DNA of 64,000 nt from Cenococcum geophilum. Its lineage: Eukaryota. Each line of letters starts with the position of its first letter. The stretch's first letter is position 1. The stretch is from positions 6,448,001 to 6,512,000 of the forward strand of contig CP158636.1 of the NCBI GenBank assembly GCA_050273025.1. Reading direction: 5' to 3'. Below the pieces are notes generated by a model. That model had not been told where the DNA came from. It made no database searches and saw nothing but the letters and a program-made list of their open reading frames with translations. The translations under genes were made by a program, and so were the position numbers. Shown piece by piece: positions 36,765 to 51,400 of the stretch.

Positions 36765-37045
36765 TTACTAAGTTTTACTAAATTTTATTAGGATGTTAAC
36801 TTCTGTTAAATTCTGCTAAGTTACTAACTTCTATTAAATTCTGCTAGGTTGCTAAAGTTCTACCAAATTCTGTTAGGTTATTAAATTCTACTAGGTTACT
36901 AAAATTTTACTAAATTCTATTAGGTTACTAAGACTTTACTAAATTTTATTAGGTTATTAAATTCTGCTAAATTCTACTAGGTTACTAGAGTTCTATTAAC
37001 TTCTACTAGGTTACTACCTATAAAATTCTACTATATTCTACTATC
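36765..37045 (+). repeat. Degenerate minisatellite (units like TTCTGCCAAATTCTGCCAGGTTGCCAA, RIP-mutated) in the putative family-E LTR
   Basis: Repeated AAATTCT(G/A)CTAGGTTACTAA-like units. Confidence 0.8.
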
Positions 37046-37470
37046 CCTATAGTATTTATCCTCCGCCTCTTAAAGCACTTCCTAGCCTTCTCTCTTTACC
37101 CTAGCCAGCTCTCTAGCAAATAAAAGGTGCAGTAAGAGGTTTATCTGTATAAACTAGTCCGTAACTACCTTAGTAGCCTTTAGCTTAGTTAGGAGCTCTT
37201 TATATAAGAATGTTCTAGTATAATAATACATTTCCGCCTAGCTAGTAGCGTACCTAGGGTAGAACACCACTATGTATATTATTAATTATTAGCTATAGCC
37301 GCATAGGTAGGCCGGAGTTAGGTACCCTAGTACTTTTAGTAGTAGAGGTATCTATTAAGCCCTATATACTCAATTCTAAGTAGCGTATTAATTATACTCT
37401 TTACCTTTATAAGCCTTGTATAGCGTTTAAAGACTTCCTTATTCTATAGCTTGGCCTAGGCCGTTATATA

Positions 37471-37817
37471 CAGTCAAAACTCTTTAGTACGATATTTGAT
37501 TACAACGATATACTCTATATTACGATCTACACCCCTTAATCAAAGTTGTTTTAGTGTAATATTACAATATACTGACTATTTACAATATCGTTAAGTTTTC
37601 CCTACCAAAATCGTTATAACCAGTAGAGATTTTGTATGGGAGGGGCCCTACTTGGCCCGTAAGGTAGATGCCCTATACCCTTTTAGGATACCCGGCCACG
37701 TAGCGGCCTCTTATTTCCTGCTTATTAACCTAACACGTGACTCTATGTATAACAATACCATTGGTATTACGATACGATCGGCCGTACGACCTGCATCGTT
37801 ATAAAGAGTTTTGACTG
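37471..37817. mobile_element. Tc1/mariner-type MITE (347 bp)
   Basis: TIRs CAGTCAAAACTCTTTA..ACGAT, TA TSD, no coding capacity. Confidence 0.9.
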
Positions 37818-38056
37818 TAGTAGGTAAGCGTACTCTAGTACTTTTCCTATTCCATTTTCCACTACTCCTTAAACGCCTCTTATACCCTAGCCCTTCTACT
37901 TCTCTTATACTGCGCTTTAGATAAGTCTATTAGCCGTATATCTATCCCTAAGATAGTAGCCACTATCCTCTTAAGCTTATCCCATCTAGTGGGCCGTATT
38001 AATAGCTTTATTTTAGGCCGGAGTTAGTAGGCTATTTATAACGAAATCTCCCAGAA

Positions 38057-41000
38057 TGTTAGCGACTCAGTCAATCGAGGCATGAGCACGGTATAAGGGA
38101 CGTGCAAGCCTATACAATTGGATTGTCTATAAACGAGAATCTAAAGCTAGAGAAAGGAAAGGAGAAGAAGAGCAGCGCCGGTCAAAGTAGGGTTCTTTTA
38201 TACGGTCCTCTAGTTATGTGACCGCGAAGTTCTGCCAAGTTCTACCAGTGCCGTAATATTACCCCCCCCTCTATAAAAGCCTGCCCTTAGGCTTTATATG
38301 TCCGTATTATGCCTATAGGGCGTTCTTATCTTTATATTCTTCCGGTAGCTTGTCGTCTTCGCTATACTAGCACTTCATCCACTTGTCTAGGTACTTTGGG
38401 GGTCCTGGTTTATTAGGGTAACGGCTATAGAATTCTTAAAGCTTATAGGGACTGCTAATAAAGTTCCATGCAGGGTACCAGGTAGGGTCTAGGTTATAGC
38501 CTTTCTAACTAACGCGGTACTTTAGCGTTTTCCTTACTAGTTTACAGGCCAGTACTTCTTTAATTTCCCATTTGTTGTTGCCATTAACTTAAATTGGTAG
38601 GGGAGGTTCGTTCTTTTGTCTAGGCAATAGGTCGTTTACAGCTTTCCGTAGCTTATTTAGTAAGAAAATAGGGTAAACCTTAATTAAATCCGGGAGCTTT
38701 ACTTTATACGAGTTACCTATCTTCTTAAGGACCTCATACGGTCCCGCTATCTAATAGTTTAGTTTACGGCTAGGCCGTTCCATCTTTTAGTTCTTTATTA
38801 TAACCCAAACTATATTACCTATGGTAAAGTCGGGCTCGCGCCTATACTTGTTTACCTGCTGTTCTATTAATTTCTAAGCCTTTTCTAGATTTATATGGGC
38901 TACCGTCTAGGCTTCCTCTAAGCGCTTAGCGTACTACTAGGCTTCCTTATAAGATAGTTTCTCGCGTATAGTCTATGGTCCTTCTAGCCTGTCCCAATTA
39001 AAGCTTATTTAGGGTAAATACCCTATTTCTAGTTAGATAGGTATAAATCCCGTAAAGTTATGGGGTAGAGTTACCTAGGCGTAGTTTATTAGGGGTAGTA
39101 GTTTGCCCTAGTTATCCTAGAAGTAGTTAACGAAGGGCTAAAGTCTCTGGTCTAAGTATTGATTTATAATCTCCGTCTAACCGTCTATCTGGGGGTAGTA
39201 TGCTATAGAAAGCTTTAACTTAATGCCTAAGATCTGGGTAAACTTATTCCAGAAGGCTGATATAAACTACAGCCCTTAATTAGATATAATAGTGTCTAGT
39301 AGTCTATAAATTTGGTAGACGTAGTGGATATATAGTTAGGCCGCCTCTTTAGTATTAATATTTTTATAACAGGGAATTAAGAACGGGCGCTTGCTAAAGC
39401 GGTTAACTAGGATTATAACTATATCGTATCTATTACGGTCTAGAGGTAGCTTATAGAAGTCTATTAAGATATACTGCTAGGGGCGTTCTAGTATTAGGAG
39501 TGGCTTTAATAGTCCTAGGGTCTTATCTTATGGGATTGTAGACCTATAGCAGTCATTACAGTTCCGTATATAGCGGTTAATATCTATAACTATTTTGGGC
39601 TAGTAGTAGCGGCTGCCAATAATCTTACGGGTTTTATTTTTTCTAGGGTAGGCCGTAGAGACCTAGGCATGTGCTTTAGTAATAAGTTAAGTCTATAAGT
39701 TCTATTTCTTAGCTACCATTAGCCGTTTATAGTGCTTAAGTAGTCTATTTTTAAGGGACCATGGGCTTATAGCGTCCTTTATCTTTTTATAGTACTCCTA
39801 TAAAGAAGAGGCCGTATAGTTTACCTGCAGTAGTTTATTAATAAGGTTAAGTTCCGTAGAGTTAATAGGGTATATCTCGGCGTCTAAAAAGTCTATATTT
39901 AGTTCTGCCTGTATCTAGGGGTTAAGGTGCTATAGTCGTAGTAGTATCTAAGTCTATAATAAGATCTTCGCGGCTATCTAATTGTCTAGGTCCTGTCTAC
40001 GCCTTATAAGGGCGTCCGCATAGTTTATGGCGCCTGGCCTATATATAATTAAAAAGTTAAACTGGGATAGGATATCCGCCTATTACGCCTACCGGGCCGT
40101 AAGGGCCTTCGTTATTATAAAATATTCTAAGGCCTAGTGATTTAAAACTACCTAGATAGGTTTAGGGGTCCCTTCTAGCTGTGTACGCTAGTACTAAAAG
40201 CTAAAGATAATAGCCAGCATTTCTTTATCGTGGATAGGGTAGTTTAGCTTAGCGTCCACTATGGTTTTTAAATAGTATATAATAGGGTGCCATTCTCCAT
40301 CTGGTTGCTTCTGGGAGAAAATACCAGCTATTACGCTATCTAAGGTATTAGTCTCTAGTATTAAGGGCCGTTTTAGGTTAAAGTGGGCGAGTAAGGGAGT
40401 AGAGACCAGTTATTTCTTAAGCTTATTAAAGGCCTGCCTATATATGGTGTTAAAGTAGAAGGGCTGGTCTTTTTGGGTAAGGCGGTTAAGAGGCCTAGTA
40501 ATCTTACTGTAGTCCTTAATAAAGCGTTAGTAGAAGTTATAGAAACCTAGGAATAATTATACTCCCTTTACAGTCCGTGGGGGTGCCCACTAGGTAATTA
40601 TAGCCGTTTTCTCTGGGTTGGTCTTAATTCTATCCATACTGATAATAAACCCTAGGTACTTTATACGCTTAATACTAAACTCTAACTTCTTAATATCGGC
40701 CTAGAGGCTAGCCTTGCGGAGCCGTTATAGGACTTTATAGACGTGCTCCTCGTGTTCCAGCTTATTCTTAAAGTAGATTATAATATCGTCTAGGTAGGCC
40801 GTACAGAAGTCGTTAAGGTAGTTAAAGAGTACGTCGTTTATATACCGCTGGTACGTAGCTGGTCCGTTAGTTAGTCTAAAAGGAAGTACCTTATATTTAT
40901 ACGTTCCGTAACAGGTCCGAAATATAATAAGATCCTTAGATCTAGGGTTTATCCTAATTTGGTAGAAGGCCTAACGGATATTAAGCTTTATAAAGACCTT

Positions 41001-43926
41001 AGCTCTACTTATTCGGGCTAGAGTCTTATTAAGTAGGGGTAGTGGATAGCGGTCCTTATAGGTTATATTATTTAGTTTATAGTAGTCGATATAGAAACGG
41101 AGTCCTTTATTTAGCTTTTTTATAAAGAGAATAGGCGAGTTAAAAGGGGCTTGGCTAGGCTTAATAAAGCCCTTATCTAGGTTATTAATAAGGTACTACT
41201 TTATAGCCTATAATTTAGCAGTAGACTGCTAGTAAAGGGGGCTAAAGCTAAGGGTATTTTCTTTATCTGGCTTAATCTCAATCTTGTGGTTATACGGTCG
41301 GTAAGGCGGGAGTATATTAGACGCTGCCTTGGAGAATACGTCCTTGAATTTCTAGTGTTAATAGGGTAGTTTTTATTCTACTAGCTCTTTGTCTATAAGC
41401 TCGTTTTCCTATCCACTAAGCTTACTTTTCTTTTCCTTAATTATTCGATTAATTTCGTATAAGCTAGTTGTAAAAGCAACGGTGTTAGGTTAGACTAAGT
41501 TCCAGTAAAATCCTATAGCACCGATATAGCAGATATTAACTGGTAGGAGGTCCGTAGGTTTCTTTACGGACTTTTATCAGGCCGTATTTTGCGGTATAGG
41601 GTTTATAATCTTCCTCAGCTTATATTCTATTTTCCATAAGTTGTCCTTCCGGTCTATTAGTTTAGTATAGCGTCCGGTGTTCTTAGCCTTCCTTTATAGC
41701 TGCGTAGGGCTTAAGTTCTCTATAGGGAACTTAAGTAGATTACTATTAACTTCCTGGGTCTCTGGTGCGGGTAGCGTAACATTAGTAGTTTGGGGTCGGC
41801 GTAGTATACGGATCCGTTGCGGATTAAGCTATATATCTTTCTCAAAGGCCTAGTCCCTACGCATAGCATTGGCCTAGTAAATAGTATTGATCTAGGGCCG
41901 TATAAGGTTTTCTATTATAATACTAATTTCTTTTATAAAGGAAGGGGTCAGGGGTAGGGTTTTAGGCTAGAGTAGCTGTCTACCCTATATATTGAGCTGT
42001 AAGCCTAAATAGGCTAGCTATTTTCTCCCTAAGATTATATCGTGGCTTCCTAGGTCCGTAATAAGAAAGGGGATATTATACTGCCTTCGTCCGTCAACAC
42101 GAAGGTAAATCCGTAAGATAGTTATAATAGGTGGCCCTATCTATCCGTTATACCCGCGAATAGGGATTAGTTTGGGTAGTTCTTTAAGGGGTACATTTAA
42201 AAAGTTAGCTAGCTTTACGGTATACTAGGTGTCTATTAAGGCAAAAGTATTTACTCTAGAGTTAGCTAAAGTAGAGGTTAAAACTTAATATCTATTACGA
42301 AATAAAGTATAAGGGATAGTGCAGCTTTTTTTACTAACTAGCCGACCTAGATTAATATATGATATATTAATCCCTTTTAACCCTAGAGAGGAGTCTTTCT
42401 TTAGGGTTCCTCTTTTTCCGACTCTATACTATCCTCCTAGATTAATAGAACCTCGTCCGCTTTTGCTTTTATTAGGCAGTCTTTTATAAAGTAGTCTTTT
42501 TAGCCACACGAGAAGCAAGCTCTTTAGTTGCTTAGAGCCTATCTATAGGGGTTGCTGTAGGTAGGCCAAGTAATTGCTAGGCCCGCGGTAGGGCTAGCTA
42601 TATAGCTAGCTGCTAGATTAACGGCGGGCCGTATAGCTGGTGCTATAGAAGTTGCAGATTGTGCTAGGGCACTACAGGCCGTTCTTATAGTGCTTATAGT
42701 CTGGTTAGAAGAGTTTCTAGCTTTATACCGCTTAGCTCGTGCCTTAATTTAATAGAGGCCTTAGTTAATAGCTAGACAGTAGTCCATAAGTACCTTTAGC
42801 GTCTATACAGTAGTATAAACTAGTAGTACGGCGCGCTGTAGGTCTAGGGTAAGCTTATTAAAGAGGTCTGGCAGTAGGTCTTTATAGGGAATTTAAGCTT
42901 AGCTAGCTAGGTGCAGAAAGCGGGTCTAGAAGGCTAAAAAAGTCTCCATTATTTTTATGTTTAGGCTTTTATAATTAAGGCGGGTATTTTATATCTTAAA
43001 GGGGTCCTTATAAATAGAAGATAGGTAGTTAATTATTTCTTCTTCTAAGACGAAAGGGTTTGCTAAGTCTTGGGCGTATCGCGGGCGTAGATGCGTCTAT
43101 ACGTCCCTACTGGTACGGCCGAAGACGTAGGCCATTTTAGCTTAAGCAGTAGGAAAGTGGTCCGCATTGACTTTAAGCTTATTCTGCAATTAAAGCTTCC
43201 AGTTATTAAATATAGGGTTAGTTCTATCTGTAAGTAACAGGGGGTCCGCAACCTTTGCGGATCTTAATAATGTGGTGCGTTAGGCTAGGGCCTTAAGGAC
43301 CATAGCAAGTCTGTCCAATGGGTTATCTTAAGATATAGGGGTGTCTCTGGTTTTGAGTAGTTCGCGTAGCCGTTTAATTTTGGTATTGGCTGCCGCAAGC
43401 TCCGCCTAGGGGGTTGAAACATTAATTATTTCTTTATCTGAGGTATTTACGGGTCCTACAGCTGCTTTACCTGCTGCTATATTTCATGGCATAGTGGTAA
43501 AGGTGTTAGGTAATTTCCGGTGTTTGTTTATTTTTAGGGGTTCTAGTCCGTGCGTGTCCTGTTCCTAGGGTGCGTATTCTGTTTATATCCTTTTGGTTCT
43601 GTCCTGTCCTTATAGTTCTAGTAATGTCCTTAGGGTTCTGTCCTGTGTCCTTGTCCTATTTGTGGTCCTATAGATATATTTAAGTTCCTTCTTAGGAAGA
43701 AAGAGTAGAATGAGCTTTAGATAATGTTAGCGACTCAGTCAATCGAGGTATAAGCACGGTATGAGGGACGTACAAGCCTGTACAATTGGATTGTCTATAA
43801 ACGAGAATCTAAAGCTAGAGAAAGGAAAGGAGAAGAAGAGCAGCGCCGGTTAAAGTAGGGTTCTTTTATACGGTCCTCTAGTCACGTAACCGCGAAGTTC
43901 TGCCAAGTTCTGCCAGTGCCGTAACA
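38057..43926 (-). mobile_element. Full-length Gypsy/chromovirus family C (5870 bp), RIP-mutated
   Basis: 202-bp LTRs 38057-38258 and 43725-43926, TSD CAGAA, PPT at ~38261-38272. CFSCG zinc knuckle ~42480-42520, AYLDDI ~40790, integrase, chromodomain ~38440-38570. Confidence 0.95.
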
Positions 43927-45230
43927 CAGAAGGTATATATTAGATAAAATAGTAGGAGGTTTTATCTATATCCTATCTATATTCCATCTATGTCTTAGAA
44001 GACATAGTTAGACAGATAAAGGGTAAAGGGTTTTACTAGCATCTTAGAAGGATTATATAGGGAGCTAGTTCTCCTCTAGAGAAGAGCTAGTAATTAGTCT
44101 CTAAATAGAAGAGGTTAGAAAGCATTTATCCTTTATTTATAAAGATTATTCTACCTTAGCTTATCTTCTACTTACCTATAACTTTTATTCTATACTATTA
44201 ATTAGATAATTATATATTCCGGTTAAACTAGCCTCTTATAATTTTAATTACTTTTAATACTTTACGGAAGGAACGTACGGCTATTAATTAATGATAACAG
44301 GCTATACCTCCTTACCCCCTAAAACGACGCCCCCACTATAAGAGACTTAGAGAGTCTCCCTAGAGAAGCGTATTCCCTTTTCCTATAAAGAAGCTACGGC
44401 TAGTCCGTCTAACCTTATAAAACCCTTAGAAACAATTACCACTAGGGAGTTATTAAAGCGGTCGCTATATAAGACCCTATAAAAAAATAAAGGAGTTAGA
44501 GATATAATTAAGATAAGTATATTAAGACTACTAAAAACAATTATAAGGACAATTAGGGGAAGTATAGACACCCTAGACACGAAGCGGACTTAAAGGGGTA
44601 ACGCTATACTACGCTATAATATTAGAAAAACCTAAATTCCGTATAAAGGAACCTAATAAGTACTATAGTAATAGTCTCCGGAACTATAATCGTTTTATCC
44701 ATTAATGCAAAACTAAGTTTTAGCTAAATCTAAAACGTTACTCTAATAAGTATAATTAGATACTAATTGCTTTTACCTTCCTATATAGCACCGTTAAGAG
44801 TTTATAGATATGCTATAAGAAAAAACTTACTATACCCCTTAAATTTAGCGAACTTAAGTCCTAGTTAGTTAATTAGGTTTAAGACCCTACTAATTAAAGA
44901 ATGGATTATAACTAGCAATACTATAATGCTAAATAGTAAAAAGGCTAGAGTGTAGTTTAGTTTATAAACTACTTAGAAGAACTAGAAGATAATATACCCT
45001 ACTTAAACCTATAGGATAATACTATATAACTTTACTAGCTACTTACTAAGTTATAATCTAAGATTTAATAGGCTATATAAGAGAAGGGCGAAATTCCTAC
45101 CTTTTAAGAAAAGCTTATCTGTAAGGTAAGGATGTGGATAGGGAGTCCAATGATAGAATAATAGGTATATTGCATAGACAGAGACAAATCCTTAAGGGAA
45201 AAGGAGAAGTCTGTGTGCGAGGTAGGAAGG

Positions 45231-45353
45231 TGTTAGGTAATTCGTCACCTCGCCTATATATATTATTCCGCACAGCTATACCTAGCATTAAGCCAGTCAC
45301 TTACTTACCTTTTGGTTTATATAGCTGAGTAGTGCGAAGCTTATCACCTTATA
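45231..45353 (+). mobile_element. 123-bp solo LTR inserted in the 3' LTR of Gypsy B
   Basis: TGTTAGGT...ACCTTATA (RIP of ACCTCACA), TSD GAAGG. Absent from the other two family-B LTRs. Confidence 0.88.
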
Positions 45354-45855
45354 GAAGGGTTTTCCCTAGGTATATGTAGAGCACGTGCCTTATAGGCGAG
45401 TTATCCCTAGGTTGCCCTAGGGTCGCCTATACCTTACGGCTATATAACTATTTACTTAGGTTTTACCTAACAATGCCCCCCCCTTTAAAAAGGGTTGTCC
45501 CTAATCCTTTATATACTTAAGCCTTAATAAAACCCTATAAAAAAACCTTAGTAAGGAAAAAATTTAGAGGGGAAAGAGTGTTTTAATTTTGTGTATAGAG
45601 AGACGGGTATATATGCGCGGCGCGAAGATATTAAGGAACTTTAACCGGCGGTTAAAGTTGTCTAATTAGTTAGATTTGCCTTGCTAAGACTCCCCTACAT
45701 TTAACCGAGCTAGTAGCGATTTTGTATGCCTGGTATAGAAAATCCTAATTAGTCTATTTAACAGGTAGAGCTAATAGAGCTTAATACTATCGCCTAAATT
45801 TAGTAGACTAAAAATATTCTAAAGCTTACTTATATAGGCAGGTTGCTAATACCTT

Positions 45856-46080
45856 ATAGGTAGGTTATAGGTTATTTATATACAGCCAGATTTGTAAACA
45901 GTAAGGCTATATATCTATTAAATCTGCCGCTAACCCTGCTTTAGCCTTACGCTATACTAGTATAGCGCCGTGTATACTTTATGGGTAGGTTATAGGTTAT
46001 TTATATATAGCCAGATTAGGACGGTAAGGCTATATACCTATTAGACCCGCCGCTGACCTATATTTTAGCCTTATGCGTTA
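45856..46080. repeat. ~124-bp tandem duplication in the Gypsy B 3' region
   Basis: GGTAGGTTATAGGTTATTTATATA.AGCCAGATT...TTTAGCCTTA.GC occurs twice. Confidence 0.8.
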
Positions 46081-48488
46081 TCTGCGTAGTATATATATAG
46101 AATAGTATATAAGTTGTTAGTATAGGTTACTACTAGCGGGTTACTAGTAGGTTGTAGACTCTGGTTAAATAGACCCCAGTTATAGATAGGCCTATTCTCT
46201 AATATATAAATAATCTGCTTAGCTAGTATAGAGTAACGGATTAGGCTTAGAAAGGGTGCTTTTTAAATTAAGGCTATAGTTCTTATAGCAATTATTACTT
46301 ATTCTTTAATCCCTTAAAACGTCCTCTGCTCCGCTTTAATATAGGCTATATTTTAATAGCGGCGCTTACTTTTCGCCTACGCTTTAGCTATAAGGCTAGA
46401 GTATCCTACTTGCGGTACTTATCTAGTAGTTATTAATAATTCTTAAGTTCTATCTTATATTTCTATTTATTATACTTATTTAACTATTTTAGCTATTTAA
46501 TAAGGTACTGTAGTTATCTAGCATAATCCTAGTAGGTAATAATTACTTTTACTTCCTAGCTGCCTTTCTTAAGCTCTTTTACTGCTAGGGGTTAAAACCT
46601 AGGGTGTGACCTATAAGGCTCTAGTAGGGAGATATAGAAGACTAGGTGGAGCTGTGCTATAGTAGGTAGAAGCTCTAGCTTATATACTTACTGCCTTACG
46701 CGCTCTAGGATCTAAAACGGTCCTATAAACTTATAGTTAAGCTTTTTATAGGGACGTTTTATGCGGATATTCTTAGAGGAAAGTAGGACTTATTTACTAA
46801 TGGCGAAGTGCTTAGCTAGATGGTAACGATTATAGTATTTTACCTAAAACTTTTAGGCGTGCATTATTAACGCTGCCGCTACCTTATATATAAGGCGCAG
46901 GTATTATAAATACGTCTTTATAAGTTAGATATTTATTAACTTAGACCCTTTCCTACCTTACTAGGCGTCTTAAACGCTATCTGGGACTCCATTTAGGATA
47001 TTTAGTAGCTAGCTATAGGCAAGCTTAATAGGGGAACGCTTTATTATAGTATGGACCTTAGAGTTATAGGTAAAGGCTACTTCTTTAAGTAGGGAGGCCT
47101 AATTAGACTATTTCTAGTTCGTAAATATACGTAGGTATATCTTAAGCTCTTAGTTCTAACGCTCCGTCTAACTATCTATCTATAGGTGGAATATAGTACT
47201 AAGTTTACGTTAAACGCAGAGATAGTAGCATATAGTACTTTAGTACTCGCTTGTAAATATACTACCCCTATTAGAGATAATATTATCTAAAGGCCTTATT
47301 TATATAAAGACTCTAAATAAGAGTTCTGCGAGTTATATAGCATTAATTATCTTATATACTAGATAGTAGCGCATAAGCTTTATAAAACGGTCTATAAGGA
47401 TAAGGATAGAGTTATACTCTACGTTATTAGGAGTCTTAAACTCTAGAAAATCTGTAATAAAGTTAAGTAAATAATGTCGCTAGGCTCGGGTGGGGACCTA
47501 AAGAGGCTATAGCTTACTATAGGGTTTATAGCGGCGCGATTTAGAGCGTTAGTAGGTATTATAATTATCTAAGTATTTGCGGAGGTTCTAGGTAAGGCCG
47601 TTCTAAGTATACTTTCGCGTAATTACCTTAAAGGTATAGTTAAAACCATAGTGGCCGCCTATAGGATCGTTATAATTCCGCTTAAGGATCTCCTATTATA
47701 GTAGTATATAATTCAGCACTTAAACCTTATTATTTTACCTTAGGAGTCCTTAATTATTAAGGGTATAGTCCTTATTACTAGTAGGAACTTATTTTTAAGT
47801 TAACTAATTATATATAGAGTGTGTAAAGGCGTCCCTTTTTTATACTCTATAAATAAAATTAACTAGTAACTTAGGGGGTTATTTTATAAACGCTGTTTTA
47901 GCTAAAGCAGCTATTACTACCTCTTACTATAGCACGAGACTCTATATAAAGTTAGTGCTAGCGAAGTAATATATAATACGTAGGTAACTTACTGGGTTAT
48001 TATAGGGGACTATAGCCTAGGCTAAGGGGTCTTCCCTAGGGTTAAGCGCTATTAGGTTAGTTAAAGTGGTCTTAAAGAGAATAGTAGGACGCTCTTATTC
48101 GCCGGCACCAAGTTCGTAAGGGTCGCTTATATACTACACGTATACTACTTACTAGTTTAGTATAGTAGTACTAGGGCCGCCTATAAGGCCTATAACTCGC
48201 AACTTTTGCTATAATATAGGTAGTATAGCATTAAGGATTGTTCTCTTACTACTATCTTTAAAGCCTTTAGTATAATCCGGGCGCTAAAATAGTATATTAG
48301 TAGGATTTATCTTACCTAGCTTATATTTAATTTTAAAATTAAACTTAGCTAGTTCCTTAGCATACTAGGCCTAGCGAGTAGATAAGCTTTTAGTAGTTAT
48401 AAAGTATCTAAGATTATTATAATTATAGAGCATACGCGTTACATACGCGGCGTATTTAAGGTAATGGCGCTATATCTTAAAGTATTAC

Positions 48489-51400
48489 TGTTAGATAACT
48501 TATATAGAGCTATTCATTAATGAAATAGGTTGATTGATTAATGATCTTAATGATGTCTTGATCGTTGCTCGACCTAGGGCCCCTGGGCTTAGACGAAGAT
48601 ATTTATAATGCACGTGACCCATGCACGTGACTTGTGCACGTCCTACGCCACAGAGAATATAGATTATCTGATATACCCCTTTAGCTTCGACCTGGTCGAG
48701 GACGAAGCTAGCTACCTTCTCGTGTCCGTCTATGCGTTAATTGAACCGTAATCTCCTCTAAATCCTTTCTTCTCGCCTTAACCTTCTCCCTTAGGTCCTC
48801 TAGTTGCTTCTCCTTATTCAGCCGCTTCTTAATATCCACCATTCCAATTATATTAACGAAGCTCTTAAACCTCTGCTTGGGTAGGGCCTTTATAAGTCTA
48901 TTAGCAATTATCTCCTTCGTCGCTTTTTATTATAATAGCACTCGTCTTATTACGTATTCTTAACGCAACTAGTATTAATAGATATTGACGTGTTAGAGCT
49001 TCGTAATTAGCTTTGCCGTATCTTCTATAATTAGTTAGAGTATCTAGACGTTATCGCAGTTAATAATTAAGGGCTCGTTTAGGTATAACGTTATTGCTTT
49101 AAATAGCCTACTAATAAAGATAGCTTTTTTTGCTGTCTGTAATAGGGCTAATAACTCGGCTTCTGTGCTCGACGTCGTAACAGTACCCTACTTATTTACT
49201 CTCTAGGTAATTAGTCCCCCAAATAGCTTTATAATATATCCTTATAAGCTCTTTCTATTAACAGAGTTATCTGTAAATAATGCGTCGCTAGCACAGATAA
49301 ATAATTGCGCTTTACTTTTACCGTCTCCGTCGTCTTGTCCTTAGTCGCGTATTCCTTTATCTTTTCCTCTACCATTCGTTCCTTCCTTATCTCCTCTATA
49401 GTAGATTGCTCTGCTCCTCGTGCTATATAGGTACTAGATAACTCTGTCTACCGCTTAATAGTGCTCTTAGCTTAGGTCCTAATTAAACCTTACTACTGCA
49501 AAAGCAATATCTAGACGCGTTATAGTGGCTGTATAGAGTACTAAACCCAGTTTTCTCTAATATAGCATTGTAGAAGCTAGTAGGGATATAGGACGGACTA
49601 ATAGGTCTATATTAGGGGACGGACGCGTTAAATAGATTATACGGTGATTAATAGGGAGTAGTTCCGATTCTACTATAGGAGTATCTAAAAGACGCCCTCT
49701 AAAATCTATCTTATACTAGTTAGCTATCTTCTTAATATAGGCTTCCTAGGATAGCCATAGGAGCCTTTAGCTATAATCGCGTAGTATATAGATTTTTAGG
49801 AACCATTTTAGCTCGCTAAGGGTGCTTATCTGGTATTCTTTGCTTAGCTCCTTAATTGCTTCTTAAGCTTTCTTCTTATCTGTCTTTTGGTAGTAGAAGA
49901 TAATATTATTAACGTAGAAGAAGACGATTATTCTACCTTTTAGCATAATATATGGCTCCTAGGGTACTTCTTTAAAACCTAATTCGTTTAATAAGCTTGT
50001 AAGATTCTTCTGCTATAACAGTGGTAATCGTCGTAGTCCGTATAGGGCTTTTCTTAAGTGTAGTACTTTATCTGTCTTTCCTTTATTAAACCCTGGCGGT
50101 AGCTTTATATAGACGACCTTATTAAAATCGCAATGGACAAACGCATTAACTATATCTATCTGTGTCGTCTTTAGTTCGAATTTTATGGTAATCGCCATAA
50201 GGGTTTAGAAGGTTATACTAGCTAATATAGTGGCTTTTATAGGTAGGTCTCCTGGGGCCTATTAATTTCCATAAACTACTAAGCGTGCCTTACATTTCTG
50301 GAGAAATCTATACTTGTCCGTCTTGTAGACGAACACCTATATTAAGCTAAGGACCTACTATCCCTTTACATACTTCTTATCTGTTTCTTAAAACGACTTT
50401 ATTTAATAATAAGATTGGAGATAGGCTCGTTAAGCCTCTTAGAACTAATCTTAAAGAGGATGCGTATTAAGGTTACGGATTGACTAGGGTGGCGGAGGTA
50501 GGTTCTTCCTATATAATCTGATATCGCGTATTTTGCCTAATTTTATCTTGCTATTATTAAGTCGACTATTAAGGTTAAACTTTCTTTTTGCTAAAAAGGC
50601 GCCGTGATAAGCTGACGTGATCCTTTTGGTAATAAAGTCTTTAAACCTATTATCGCTGGCTTCCTTAAATAAGTCTTTAACTAAGTTATTAGACACCCCC
50701 TAAGTATTAAACGCATCTCCTGCTTAATAAGCGACGTCTTAATTAGTACCTTGTATATTTAACTTTATAGGATACTTAACGTAAAAGGCATATGGAGATT
50801 CTTCGTCTTCTTTTGTTGGAGGTGGTGTATAGTACGCATCTTTAAGAGCTCTTATAAGCTCGAGATCTACTAACTTATTAAAGGCTTAAACTGGCTTATT
50901 AATGTCGTCGTCTTCCTCTTAAATTAACGGTTTAAATACTTCTTTATTGTCTTCTAGAAGGACCTTATTCTTAGTCTGGGTATTAGGTAGTTAAATCTTC
51001 TTAATTAGTATATTTAATTTAGCGTGTAGGTCCTTTAAGATGTCCGTTTACTTACTGTTAAAGAACGTTTTTTTATTAAAGATGACACCCCTTATAGAGA
51101 TAATGATACCCTTATATGGGATCTAGATCCTATAAATATTGGTAGAGTTATAGCTAACGAGATAGCCGATATGGGCTCGCGGATCTAGCTTACTTAGCCT
51201 TTTCTTCCTTAGCTGGGCGTCTGACGTTATTACGTACGCCCTATAGCCGTAGGCTTTTAGGTGCGCTAGTTGCGGTTTTCTTAATCTCCTATTAGCTAGG
51301 AAGGTATAGAACCTCTTATATAGCGATATCCAACCGTTGCTTTCCTATAGCGTTTAATCTTAAAGGTAGACTATATAGTTAACTATCTCGTTTTATAGGT

